IMG/VR virus record: IMGVR_UViG_3300046167_000554
Coordinates: 89,515 to 153,514 of that record
DNA length: 64,000 nt
DNA from: a virus
Strand: one strand, 5' to 3'
Shown here: piece after piece, positions 20,127 through 30,184 of the stretch
Numbering within the stretch: the first letter of the stretch is position 1
Layout: each line of letters starts with the position of its first letter
The notes under the pieces: model-generated
Database searches by the model: none
The model's input: only the letters and a program-made list of their open reading frames with translations
Told to the model about the DNA's origin: nothing
Made by a program: the position numbers and the translations under genes

Positions 20127-20942
20127 ATGGCACAACCGAATTCAAAAGACACATTTAAGCAATACATTAAGAGGGCTCTTGGAGCTCCAGTCTTGGAAAT
20201 CAATGTTGATGATGACCAAATGGACGATAGAGTCGATGAAGCACTTCAATATTTTCGTGAATACCACTATGATGGTAGTGTAAAAACTTATCTAAAACAT
20301 CAACTTACTGAAGAAGAACTTACTGCATGGAAAACAAACGAAACCCATAATGCCGCAACAACTGGAACTCAGAATATTGCAAACCAAACTTATGGAGAAG
20401 GTCAGAACTATATCACACTTCCCGAACATGTCCTTTCAGTTATAAACCTATTCCCATTCTCAAGTGGTGTCAAATCTAATATGTTTGATTTACAATATCA
20501 ACTTAGACTAAATGACCTTTGGGATTTAACATCTACAAGTATTTTATACTACTCACAAGTGCAATCTCATCTTACAATGATGAACAACATGTTGGTGGGT
20601 CAGATACCAATACGTTTCAATATGCATAGTAATAGACTATACATAGATTACAATGCAGATAAACTAACAGCAGGTGAGTTCATTATCATCGAATGTTACA
20701 GAAAGTTAGACCCAACAGATATGACTGATATCTATAACGATATGTGGTTGAAGAAATATGCAACTGCAAAAGTTAAATATCAATGGGGTGAGAACCTTTC
20801 TAAATTTCAAGGTATTCAGTTGCCTGGCGGAGTTACACTTGATGCACAACAAATAAAACAAGAAGCACAAGAAGAGATTCAAAGACTAGAAGAAGAATCA
20901 AGATTGAACTTTGAAATGCCTGTCATGGATATGATTGGTTAA
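20127..20942 (+). CDS. gp13: Neck protein gp13
   Basis: 'YIKRALGAPVLEINVDDDQ', 'WGENLSKF.GIQLPGGVTL'. Confidence 0.92.
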   Translation: MAQPNSKDTFKQYIKRALGAPVLEINVDDDQMDDRVDEALQYFREYHYDGSVKTYLKHQLTEEELTAWKTNETHNAATTGTQNIANQTYGEGQNYITLPEHVLSVINLFPFSSGVKSNMFDLQYQLRLNDLWDLTSTSILYYSQVQSHLTMMNNMLVGQIPIRFNMHSNRLYIDYNADKLTAGEFIIIECYRKLDPTDMTDIYNDMWLKKYATAKVKYQWGENLSKFQGIQLPGGVTLDAQQIKQEAQEEIQRLEEESRLNFEMPVMDMIG

Positions 20943-20956
20943 TACGGACATAAATT

Positions 20957-21812
20957 ATGCCTACAAATGTATTTTTTAACCATGCAGTAAACACTGAACA
21001 ACACCTCTATGAGGACTTAGTTGTTGAATCGTTAAGAATGTATGGACATGAAACATTCTACCTACCGAGAGAAATTGTAGAGGAAGATACAATTCTTGGA
21101 GAAGATGTGCAATCATCTTTCGGTGATGCATATTCTGTAGAGATGTACTTAGAAAATACGGAAGCATTTGAAGGAGAGGGAGACCTCATGTCTAAGTTTG
21201 GTGTCCAAGTAAGAGACCAAGCAACCTTTGTTCTTTCTCTTAAGAACATGGGAAAGATTCATATCACTAGACTCTAACCTTGCAACATCACTAAGACCTA
21301 ATGAAGGAGACCTAATCTACTTCCCTCTTAGTGGTTCAATGTTTGAAATTAAATTCGTAGAACATGAGAATCCATTCTATCAAGTTGGAAAACTATTCGT
21401 GTTCAAAATGCAGTGTGAACTCTTTGAATACAGTGGAGAAGATTTCGATACTGGAATGGCTGCAGACTTCATAGAAAACGAACAAGCATACACAATCGAG
21501 ATGACTATGGCAAGTGGTGGAAGTGGAAGTTATACAGTTGGTGAAGTAATCAATTACAACTCTGCATCTGCTGGAGAGGTCATTGGTTGGGTAGAATCAA
21601 CACGAACACTTACTATTAAAGATAACACTAGAACACTTGCAATCGGTGATACCTTAGTCGGTGTGTCATCAACTGCATCATATGTTATCGAAACAATTGT
21701 AGATGTCTTGACATTTGCAAACGATGGTAATGCACAAAACAAAGACTTTGAAGATAAAGCAGATGGATACTTAGACTTCTCAGAAACCAATCCTTTCGGT
21801 GAGGTCTCATAA
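20957..21812 (+). CDS. gp14: Neck protein gp14 (frameshift near 21240, likely error)
   Basis: 'EDLVVESL..YG....YLPRE', 'RPNEGDLIYFP', 'DFSETNPFG'. Confidence 0.88.
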
Positions 21813-22861
21813 TGTTTGGAACATATTTTTATAATGAAACGATTAAGAGAGCAGTCTCTATCTTTGGAACATGTTTTAATAACATTACAGTTAAGAAAGT
21901 AAAAGCAGACGGAACTGTTCTAACCGAACAAAAGGTTCCAATATCATACGGCCCAAAACAGAAATTCCTAGAAAGACTAGCAGAAGATGCTGACCTAAAC
22001 GATGGTATGAGAAGTGCAATCAGTCTACCAAGACTTGCATTTGAATTAAATGGTTTTAATTACGACCCACAAAGACAACAAAATAAACTAATTAGAAATA
22101 CAAGAACAACAGTTGAAGCAAATGATATCGGAAAGAGAGGGTATCAATATCAACCAGCACCTTATGACTTGAACTTTACACTAAGTGTTCTTGCAAAGAA
22201 CATGAATGATGCATTACAAATCGTAGAACAGATATTACCATATTTCCAACCCGAGTATACAGTCACTATGAAAATGATTGATACTATGACTGATTACAGA
22301 GATGTACCGATAGTATTGAATTCAGTTGCAATGAATGATACTTATGAGGGTGGATTTGAAGAAAGACGTGTAATAGAATATACACTAGAGTTCACAATGA
22401 AGTTATACATGTTCGGCCCTGTTTATACTGGTGAAGTTATCAGAAATGTTATTGAAAGAGATTACATTGGTGATGGTAATGATGCATTTACAAGTACAGA
22501 AATAGATGCAGCTGGTCTAGTCAAAGAGGTCAAACACTATGAACCTGCGTTCTCAGCAGTTTCAAATGCAGTTTCAGGTTCCACAACAGTGACCTTTCCT
22601 ACTGCAATAAATAGTTCTATAAGTGCAAATGATGAGGTATTCGGAACAAACCTATCAACTAATCCGACTGTCTCAAGTATTGCAGAAGATAAACAATCAA
22701 TAGTAGTGTCTAGTGCAGTTACTATAGATGCAAACACTACACTTAAATTTGTAGGTTCTGTAGATGCAAACGATACATTTGTAATTGCAGAAACTGTAAG
22801 TTTTTATGATGACGGAGCTGGTTCTACATTTACTGAAGACAAGGTCACCGATGCGAGTTAA
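21812..22861 (+). CDS. gp15: Tail sheath stabilizer/terminator gp15
   Basis: 'YFYNETI', 'VPISYGPKQKFL', 'QIVEQILPYFQP'. Confidence 0.92.
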   Translation: MFGTYFYNETIKRAVSIFGTCFNNITVKKVKADGTVLTEQKVPISYGPKQKFLERLAEDADLNDGMRSAISLPRLAFELNGFNYDPQRQQNKLIRNTRTTVEANDIGKRGYQYQPAPYDLNFTLSVLAKNMNDALQIVEQILPYFQPEYTVTMKMIDTMTDYRDVPIVLNSVAMNDTYEGGFEERRVIEYTLEFTMKLYMFGPVYTGEVIRNVIERDYIGDGNDAFTSTEIDAAGLVKEVKHYEPAFSAVSNAVSGSTTVTFPTAINSSISANDEVFGTNLSTNPTVSSIAEDKQSIVVSSAVTIDANTTLKFVGSVDANDTFVIAETVSFYDDGAGSTFTEDKVTDAS

Positions 22862-22863
22862 CT

Positions 22864-23271
22864 ATGAAAGACAATATAGACGATAAGTTAAACGACTTAT
22901 TAGATATCGATACAGAAATCAAAACAGTAAGTTCCAATGTAGTAAAGGTCACTCCTCGTTCAGAGAGTATTGAGAGTGACTATAAGTATGCACGTGAGAA
23001 CCTCTACAACCTCGTAGAGAGGGGTCAGGATGCAATTGAAGGAATACTCGAACTATCTAAAGAAACCGAACACCCGAGGGCATACGAGGTCGCAGGACAG
23101 CTTATAAAGACTGTCGGTGAGACTGCAGAGAAACTACTTGATGTGCAGAAAAAGATTAAAGATTTAGAAAAAGATGACGAAAGGAAAATAGGTACACAAC
23201 ACAATCACCTATATGTGGGGTCTACTTCAGAACTACAAAAGTTCCTAAAGAAAGAGAAACAAAAAGAATAG
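22864..23271 (+). CDS. gp16: Terminase small subunit gp16
   Basis: 'DYKYARENL', 'HPRAYEVAGQL', 'VGSTSELQK'. Confidence 0.92.
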   Translation: MKDNIDDKLNDLLDIDTEIKTVSSNVVKVTPRSESIESDYKYARENLYNLVERGQDAIEGILELSKETEHPRAYEVAGQLIKTVGETAEKLLDVQKKIKDLEKDDERKIGTQHNHLYVGSTSELQKFLKKEKQKE

Positions 23272-23274
23272 AGT

Positions 23275-24864
23275 ATGGTTGCAAAAATTAATGATGGTTA
23301 TCTTGGTAATAATCTTGTAAAACGTGCTGGTGTAGAAACCAAGTATACGGATGAGGAATTACAAGAGTACATAAAATGTTCTAATAACCCTGTTCATTTT
23401 ATAGAATCATATTGTTCCATTATATCATTAGATGAAGGTCTTGTCAAATTTAAACTTCGTGGATATCAACAAAATCTAATAGAACACTATGATGATAATC
23501 GTTTCAATGTAGTTCTTGCATCACGTCAGAGTGGTAAGTCAATCACATCATGTGCATATCTATTATGGTATCTACTATTCAATCCCGAGGTTACTGTAGC
23601 AGTTCTTGCTAACAAAGGTGTAATTGCAAGGGAAATGATATCCCGTATTGTTACCATGTTAGAGAGTGTTCCATTCTTCTTACAACCAGGCGTCAAGATT
23701 CTAAACAAAGGTAATATCGAGTTTGGAAATGATAGTAAAGTAGTTGCAGCTGCAACATCTTCGAGTTCTATTCGTGGATTGTCTATAAACCTCTTGTATC
23801 TTGATGAGTTTGCGTTCGTAGAAAATGCAGAAGAGTTCTATACATCTACCTATCCCGTTGTTACCTCGGGTAAAAATTCAAAGGTTATTATCACATCTAC
23901 TGCAAATGGTGTTGGTAATATGTTCTATAAGATATATGAGAGTGCAGTTCAGAAACAATCTGAGTACAAACACTTCCTTATCAACTGGTTTGATGTGCCA
24001 GGCAGAGATGAAGAGTGGAAGAAACAGACCATTGCAAACACATCCGAAACCCAGTTCGAACAGGAGTATGGAAATAGTTTCCTAGGAACAGGAACAACAT
24101 TGATTAATTCAAATACTTTACTAGGAATGAGGTCAATTGACCCTGATTGGAATCGTGATAACATAAATATATACGATAGACCAGTAGAAGGACACGAGTA
24201 CGTTTGTACTGTTGATGTTTCACAAGGACGTGGTATCGACTATTCTACTTTTTCTATCTTTGATGTATCGGTTCAACCCTTCAAACAGGTTGCAACGTAT
24301 AGAGATAATATGATATCCCCTATGTTATTACCCGATGTTATCAATAAGTATGCACATCCATACAACGATGCATTAGTTATTATAGAGAATAATGCAGAAG
24401 GAAGTTTGGTTGCAAAGATGTTACACTATGATGTCGAATATGAAAGTGTATTCGTTCAAGGAATGAGTAAGGCAGAAGATATTGGTGTAACAATGAACAG
24501 GAAAATCAAGAGGATTGGATGTTCAACATTAAAAGAATTATTAGAAGAAAATCGATTGACGTTAATCGATAGGACGACTATAACAGAACTGATGACCTTT
24601 GTCCATAAAGGAACCTCATATGAGGCAGACAGAGGGTATCATGATGATATGGTTATGAATTGTGTTTTGTTTAGTTGGTTTATAACAACCCCCTATTTCG
24701 AACACTTAACAGATAAAGCTGTAAAAACGTTACTGTATTCTGAACAACAGAAACTAATAGAGGATGATTTACTCCCAGCAGGAGTCTTCGGTGCATTAGA
24801 AGGTCAAGAAGAGACCTTTGTAGATGTAGAAGGGGATAGATGGTTTGTAGATAGTACTTCTTAG
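23275..24864 (+). CDS. gp17: Terminase large subunit gp17
   Basis: Walker A 'SRQSGKS', Walker B 'LYLDEFAF', nuclease 'HDDMVM'. Confidence 0.96.
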   Translation: MVAKINDGYLGNNLVKRAGVETKYTDEELQEYIKCSNNPVHFIESYCSIISLDEGLVKFKLRGYQQNLIEHYDDNRFNVVLASRQSGKSITSCAYLLWYLLFNPEVTVAVLANKGVIAREMISRIVTMLESVPFFLQPGVKILNKGNIEFGNDSKVVAAATSSSSIRGLSINLLYLDEFAFVENAEEFYTSTYPVVTSGKNSKVIITSTANGVGNMFYKIYESAVQKQSEYKHFLINWFDVPGRDEEWKKQTIANTSETQFEQEYGNSFLGTGTTLINSNTLLGMRSIDPDWNRDNINIYDRPVEGHEYVCTVDVSQGRGIDYSTFSIFDVSVQPFKQVATYRDNMISPMLLPDVINKYAHPYNDALVIIENNAEGSLVAKMLHYDVEYESVFVQGMSKAEDIGVTMNRKIKRIGCSTLKELLEENRLTLIDRTTITELMTFVHKGTSYEADRGYHDDMVMNCVLFSWFITTPYFEHLTDKAVKTLLYSEQQKLIEDDLLPAGVFGALEGQEETFVDVEGDRWFVDSTS

Positions 24865-24886
24865 GATTCGTTAGAGAATAAATACT

Positions 24887-24894
24887 TATAAATA
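24887..24894 (+). promoter_or_regulatory. Late promoter TATAAATA
   Basis: Upstream of gp18. Confidence 0.8.
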
Positions 24895-24931
24895 AAACAG
24901 TAAACACTTTTTACATTAACAGGAGAAAAGT

Positions 24932-26935
24932 ATGGCATTTCAAGTATCACCAGGCATTCAGGTCTCAGAAGTAGACTTAACGAATGTTGTGCCAGCGGTA
25001 TCGTCAACAGTCGGTGCATTCGCAGGTAGTTTCCAATGGGGCCCTGTTGATGAGGTAGTAACAGTTTCCGATAGTCAAGGTTTAGTAGATAACTTCTATC
25101 ATCCAGCAAATACAGATGCTGGTGCAGAAGACTTCTATACTGCAGAGGGGTTCCTAAGATATGGTTCTGCTCTCAGAATAGTAAGGATTAATGCAACTGG
25201 TTTGTATTCTGCAAACTATTCAGGACATGCAACTTCATTAATCAAGAACCTAGAAGAATATCGTTCAACATATAAAGATTTATCACAACATGCAACAGTT
25301 GGTAAGTTCACTGCAAAATACGCAGGATTACTAGGTAATTCACTAAGAACATCAGTATGTGCATCTAGTGATGCATACTATAATGATGCAGTATCATCCT
25401 CTAGTGCATCTGCTGGTGCAGCTGCTATTGGTGCAACTGCTATTACTTTAGTTGCTGATGGTGGTGTAAAATTCACTGTAGGTGATATTATAACTTTTGC
25501 TAACCACACTACACATTATCAAGTTACTGCAATTAATACTGATGTATTAACAATTAAAGCACTTAATCAACCTGCTGGAACTGGACTAACATCAGCAATC
25601 GTGAACTCAACATCTATCGATAGATACTGGGAACACTATGCATCATTTGATAAAGCACCAAGTAAGAGTGCATCTGCACTTGCAGCTGGTGGTTCAGATG
25701 ATGAAATGCATATTGTAGTTATAGACGAAGATGGTTTATTCACTGGAACAGCTGGAACAGTATTAGAAACATTCGGTTTCGTATCAGGTGCAACAGACGC
25801 TAAAGACGCATCAGGACAATCAAACTACTATGTAAACGTTTTAGAGACTGGTTCTCAGTATGTTTATGTAACTGGACATGAAACTTCAACTCACCCAGCA
25901 GCTAATAGTGTACATACACATGCATTATCAGGTACTACTGCATTCGGTAGACCTTCTGCACCTATTCAAACATCAATGGCTGGTGGTGCAAATGGAAGAA
26001 CAGGTACTGCTGGAGAGAAACATGGTACATGGACAGACCATTTCAGTGATGGAGAAACATCAGACGTATCATTCTTAGTTGTTGGTTCAACAAGATGTGA
26101 TAGTGGTAGTGGTGTTGACCAAGATACACTTGCAGATTGGACAACATTAACCAACCAAGCAATCCTACTATGTGAAGGAAGAAAAGACTGTATGGCAGTT
26201 GTTTCTCCTAGAAGAGCATCAGTAGTTAACGTAACTTCAGAGTCATCACAATTAACAAACGTCTTAGCGGACTATGCAACAGCATCATCTTCTTCATATG
26301 CAGTATTCGACAGTGGTTGGGTATATGGATATGACAGATACAATGATAAGTACTGTTGGACACCTGCTTGTGGACATACTGCTGGTCTAATGGTTCGTTC
26401 AGACCTATTGAGAGATGCATGGTTCTCACCTGCTGGATTCTCAAGAGGACAATACTTAGGTATTACTAAACTTGCATTCAATCCTTCTAAATCATCTAGA
26501 GATGACTTATATAGAAATAGGATTAACCCAGTTGTAACATTTGCTGGACAAGGAACTGTATTATTCGGTGATAAGACTGCATTAACAGTACCATCTGCAT
26601 TTGATAGAATTAACGTAAGAAGACTATTCATCGTATTAGAGAAAGCAATTGCAACTGCAGCTAAAGCTCAGTTGTTTGAATTCAACGATGCATTCACAAG
26701 AGCACAATTTAGAGCTGCTGTTGAACCTTTCTTAAGAGACGTTAAAAACAGACGTGGACTAGTAGACTTCTCAGTTGTTTGTGACGAAACAAATAACACG
26801 GATACAGTGATTGACAGAAATGAATTTGTATGTTCAATCTTTGTCAAACCTGCTAAATCAATTAACTTTATTACATTGAACTTTGTTGCTGCGAGAAGTG
26901 GTGTCGAGTTTAGTGAAATATATGGTGCAGTTTAA
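24932..26935 (+). CDS. gp18: Tail sheath protein gp18
   Basis: 'SPGIQVSEVDLT', 'WFSPAG..RG', 'FDRINVRRLF'. Confidence 0.96.
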   Translation: MAFQVSPGIQVSEVDLTNVVPAVSSTVGAFAGSFQWGPVDEVVTVSDSQGLVDNFYHPANTDAGAEDFYTAEGFLRYGSALRIVRINATGLYSANYSGHATSLIKNLEEYRSTYKDLSQHATVGKFTAKYAGLLGNSLRTSVCASSDAYYNDAVSSSSASAGAAAIGATAITLVADGGVKFTVGDIITFANHTTHYQVTAINTDVLTIKALNQPAGTGLTSAIVNSTSIDRYWEHYASFDKAPSKSASALAAGGSDDEMHIVVIDEDGLFTGTAGTVLETFGFVSGATDAKDASGQSNYYVNVLETGSQYVYVTGHETSTHPAANSVHTHALSGTTAFGRPSAPIQTSMAGGANGRTGTAGEKHGTWTDHFSDGETSDVSFLVVGSTRCDSGSGVDQDTLADWTTLTNQAILLCEGRKDCMAVVSPRRASVVNVTSESSQLTNVLADYATASSSSYAVFDSGWVYGYDRYNDKYCWTPACGHTAGLMVRSDLLRDAWFSPAGFSRGQYLGITKLAFNPSKSSRDDLYRNRINPVVTFAGQGTVLFGDKTALTVPSAFDRINVRRLFIVLEKAIATAAKAQLFEFNDAFTRAQFRAAVEPFLRDVKNRRGLVDFSVVCDETNNTDTVIDRNEFVCSIFVKPAKSINFITLNFVAARSGVEFSEIYGAV

Positions 26936-26947
26936 GGAGCATAAAAC

Positions 26948-27445
26948 ATGGCAACAATAGACCAATTTAAAGCACAATTAATCGGTGGTGGCCCAAGAGC
27001 AAACCGATTTAGAGTGTTCTTACCTAGAGCAGGTAATAAGATAGAATTTTTGTGTAAAGCTGCACAAATACCACCTGCTACTATAGGTACAGTCCCAGTA
27101 AACTTTAGAGGACATATCCTTAAACTTGCTGGTGACAGAACATTTGAACCATGGTCAGTAACTATTATTAATGATGTAGAATTCTCATCAAGAACTGCTC
27201 TAGAAGGATGGCAGACTGAGATTCAATCATTAGATAGTGGTGAAGGCTCAACAACCACTGATTACTTACTATCACGTGCGTATGTTGAACAGTTAAATAA
27301 AGATGACTCAGTACTAGCGAGATATGAATTCTTCAATATGTTCCCAACTTCAATCGGTGCGATTGACCTATCTTATGAAAATGTTGATGCACTGGAAGAG
27401 TTTACAGTTGATTTTGAATTCTCTCACTGGGAAAGAGTCATTTAA
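26948..27445 (+). CDS. gp19: Tail tube protein gp19
   Basis: 'GGPRANRF', 'AGDRTFEPW.VTIIND'. Confidence 0.93.
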   Translation: MATIDQFKAQLIGGGPRANRFRVFLPRAGNKIEFLCKAAQIPPATIGTVPVNFRGHILKLAGDRTFEPWSVTIINDVEFSSRTALEGWQTEIQSLDSGEGSTTTDYLLSRAYVEQLNKDDSVLARYEFFNMFPTSIGAIDLSYENVDALEEFTVDFEFSHWERVI

Positions 27446-27474
27446 TAAACGTGAAAAAGACCACTTTAAAGTGG

Positions 27475-27482
27475 TATAAATA
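27475..27482 (+). promoter_or_regulatory. Late promoter TATAAATA
   Basis: Upstream of gp20; overlaps the end of an ACCACTTTAAAGTGGT palindrome. Confidence 0.75.
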
Positions 27483-27487
27483 TTAGT

Positions 27488-29023
27488 ATGGAAATTTTTG
27501 GTTACGAAATAACTCGTAAAAAAGACGAGTTGAGAAATTTAGAGGTTGCAAATGCATCCTCTTTTGTTGCACCTGTTGAGGATGATGGGACTCCCGTTAT
27601 TGCACAACAGCCTGGTGGGTTTATATCAGGTGGTGCGTATGGTTCATATGTCGATATGGAAGGTGGTATTAAGAATGAGACAGGTCTCATTAAGAAATAC
27701 CGAGAAATATCTTTAGTCCCCGAGTGTGACTTAGCGATTGAGGATATAATAAACGAGTGTATTACATCGGATGTTCAAGACCGAATTGTAGCACTTGACT
27801 TAAGAGATGTTGAACTATCTGAAAGTATCAAAGGAAAGGTGCATAACGAGTTCAATAACATCTTATCTATGATGAAGTTCAATCAGAACTCTCATGAAAT
27901 TTTCAGAAAATGGTACGTAGATGGAAGAGTATACTTCCATAAAGTTGTTGACTCTAAAAATATCAAGAAAGGTATTGTCGACATAAGAAACGTTGACCCG
28001 TTGAAGATTAAAAAAATCCGAAACGTAGAGAAAGACAAAGACCCGAAGACGGGTGTAGAAAAGATTGTAAAGGTTGAAGAGTTTTATGTCTTCAACGATA
28101 AAGGTTTCGATAAGGGTGGTTCAGCTGGAGAAGGAAACACACTTAAGATTGCTCCCGAGGCAGTATCATATACTACTTCAGGACTATTAGACTACAGTAA
28201 GAATGTAGTCATCGGGTATCTTCATAAAGCATTGAAGACTGCAAATCAGTTATCAATGATGGAAGATGCACTTGTTATCTATAGGATATCAAGAGCTCCC
28301 GAAAGAAGGATATTCTACATAGATGTAGGTAACCTTCCAAAAGCAAAGGCAGAACAGTACCTTGCAGACGTAATGAATAAGTATAGAAATAAACTTATCT
28401 ATAATGCAGATACTGGTGAAATCAAAGATGACAGAAAACATATGAGTATGTTGGAAGATTTTTGGTTACCGAGAAGAGAAGGTGGTAGAGGAACTCAAAT
28501 TGAGACTTTGCCTGGCGGACAGAACCTTTCAGAGATAGAAGATATAGAATACTTCAAGAAGAAGTTATATCGTTCACTGAATGTTCCAGTCTCAAGAATG
28601 GAATCAGAGAATGGTTTCAACATGGGAAGGTCTGCAGAGATTACTAGAGATGAAGTTAAGTTCAACAAGTTTACGAACAGACTTCAGAAGAAATTCTCAA
28701 GAGTGTTTACAGACATTCTTAGAACACAATTAGTGTTAAAAGAAATTGTAAGTGCAGAAGAGTTTGATAAGTTTAGAGATTTTATACTCTATAACTTTGA
28801 AACAGACAATCACTTTAAAGAACTTAAAGAGTTTGAACTGTTAAGAGATAGAATGGATGTTCTATCACAAGTTAGTGAATATGTTGGACAATATTACTCT
28901 AAAGAGTATGTTAGAAAATACATTTTAATGCAGTCCGAAGATGACATTAAATTAATTAATGCTCAAATTGACCTAGAGTCAAATGATGAGGACGATAATG
29001 ATGAAGAAGGAGATGATTACTAA
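27488..29023 (+). CDS. gp20: Portal protein gp20
   Basis: 'RAPERRIFYIDVGNLPK', 'EDFWLPRREGGRGT'. Confidence 0.96.
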   Translation: MEIFGYEITRKKDELRNLEVANASSFVAPVEDDGTPVIAQQPGGFISGGAYGSYVDMEGGIKNETGLIKKYREISLVPECDLAIEDIINECITSDVQDRIVALDLRDVELSESIKGKVHNEFNNILSMMKFNQNSHEIFRKWYVDGRVYFHKVVDSKNIKKGIVDIRNVDPLKIKKIRNVEKDKDPKTGVEKIVKVEEFYVFNDKGFDKGGSAGEGNTLKIAPEAVSYTTSGLLDYSKNVVIGYLHKALKTANQLSMMEDALVIYRISRAPERRIFYIDVGNLPKAKAEQYLADVMNKYRNKLIYNADTGEIKDDRKHMSMLEDFWLPRREGGRGTQIETLPGGQNLSEIEDIEYFKKKLYRSLNVPVSRMESENGFNMGRSAEITRDEVKFNKFTNRLQKKFSRVFTDILRTQLVLKEIVSAEEFDKFRDFILYNFETDNHFKELKEFELLRDRMDVLSQVSEYVGQYYSKEYVRKYILMQSEDDIKLINAQIDLESNDEDDNDEEGDDY

Positions 29024-29196
29024 TGAGTAGTGAAATAGCAAAAACAATAGTTGACCAAATTGCAAATGGTAAACTAGATGCGGCAAAAGAATCAGTTTTT
29101 ACTGGTATGAAAGAAAAGGCTGCAGAAACTGTTGACATGAAAAGAGTCGAAATGCAAGTAGACTGGGTAAACAACACGAGTCAGGAAGACAAATAA
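29023..29196 (+). CDS. Small prohead core protein (gp67 position)
   Basis: 57-aa ORF MSSEIAKTIVDQIANG... coupled between gp20 and the next gene. Confidence 0.6.
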   Translation: MSSEIAKTIVDQIANGKLDAAKESVFTGMKEKAAETVDMKRVEMQVDWVNNTSQEDK

Positions 29197-29498
29197 TGAA
29201 AACATTTGCAGAGATATCACACATCTTACACGAAGCAAAATTTAAAATTGCATCGGGTGAGAAAGAGTTATCTAAAGAAACTGCAAAGGTTGGTGGGAAG
29301 AAAGTAAACATTGTTTATGTGCAGAACAAACGAAATAAAGTTGATGTGTACATGGACGGAAGAAAATTTAGTGGAGATATGCCGTATAAAGATTTGAAAT
29401 CTGCTCAGAAAGAGATGAAAGATATCAAAAAAATTATGGGTAACATGTCCGAAGAAGGAATTACAATAGGGGAAATCTTAGATGAAATTAATATCTGA
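29196..29498 (+). CDS. Prohead core protein (gp68 position)
   Basis: Synteny; MKTFAEI N-terminus. Confidence 0.55.
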   Translation: MKTFAEISHILHEAKFKIASGEKELSKETAKVGGKKVNIVYVQNKRNKVDVYMDGRKFSGDMPYKDLKSAQKEMKDIKKIMGNMSEEGITIGEILDEINI

Positions 29499-30135
29499 AT
29501 ATAATGACTACTCAATATCACCAGTAATCGTTGAAGCAAACGAAAAGGGTGAGAAAGAACACTTTATTGAAGGTGTTTTCATGCAGTCCAACATCAAAAA
29601 CAGAAATGGTCGTGTTTACCCTAAAGAAGTAATGTTAAAAGAGGTCAACAGATACAGGGACGAGTTCATCAATAAGCAACGTGCTTTTGGTGAGTTAGGA
29701 CATCCTGAAGGCCCAACAATCAATTTAGACAAAGTGTCTCACATGATTACATCTTTAGAAGAAGATGGTAATAACTTCGTGGGACGAGCAAAGATTTTAA
29801 GCACACCCAATGGTCAAATCGTAAAGAATTTAATCAATGATGGTGCTAAATTAGGAGTATCATCTAGAGGATTAGGTTCCTTGGAAGAAAAAGGTGGTAT
29901 TCAACATGTGAAAAGTGACTTTCAACTTGCAACTGCAGCTGATATCGTTGCCGACCCGTCTGCACCCGAAGCCTTCGTAGAAGGTATTATGGAAGGTGTT
30001 GAGTGGGTAATGGAGAGTGGTATCCTTAAAGCTAAAGATGCAGAAATTATGCAGAAACAACTTAAAACTGCAAAACTAAATAAGTTAGAAGAAACTAAGT
30101 TAAATCTATGGAAAAGGTTCGTTGAGAGTCTATAA
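29482..30135 (+). CDS. gp21: Prohead protease gp21
   Basis: 'NRNGRVYP', 'GELGHP', 'GVSSRGLGSL', 'DIVADPSAP.AFV'. Confidence 0.95.
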   Translation: MKLISEYNDYSISPVIVEANEKGEKEHFIEGVFMQSNIKNRNGRVYPKEVMLKEVNRYRDEFINKQRAFGELGHPEGPTINLDKVSHMITSLEEDGNNFVGRAKILSTPNGQIVKNLINDGAKLGVSSRGLGSLEEKGGIQHVKSDFQLATAADIVADPSAPEAFVEGIMEGVEWVMESGILKAKDAEIMQKQLKTAKLNKLEETKLNLWKRFVESL

Positions 30136-30137
30136 CA

Positions 30138-30145
30138 TATAAATA
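30138..30145 (+). promoter_or_regulatory. Late promoter TATAAATA
   Basis: Upstream of gp22. Confidence 0.8.
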
Positions 30146-30184
30146 AAAAAGAGAATACAAAATAATCTCAAACAGGAGAAAGAA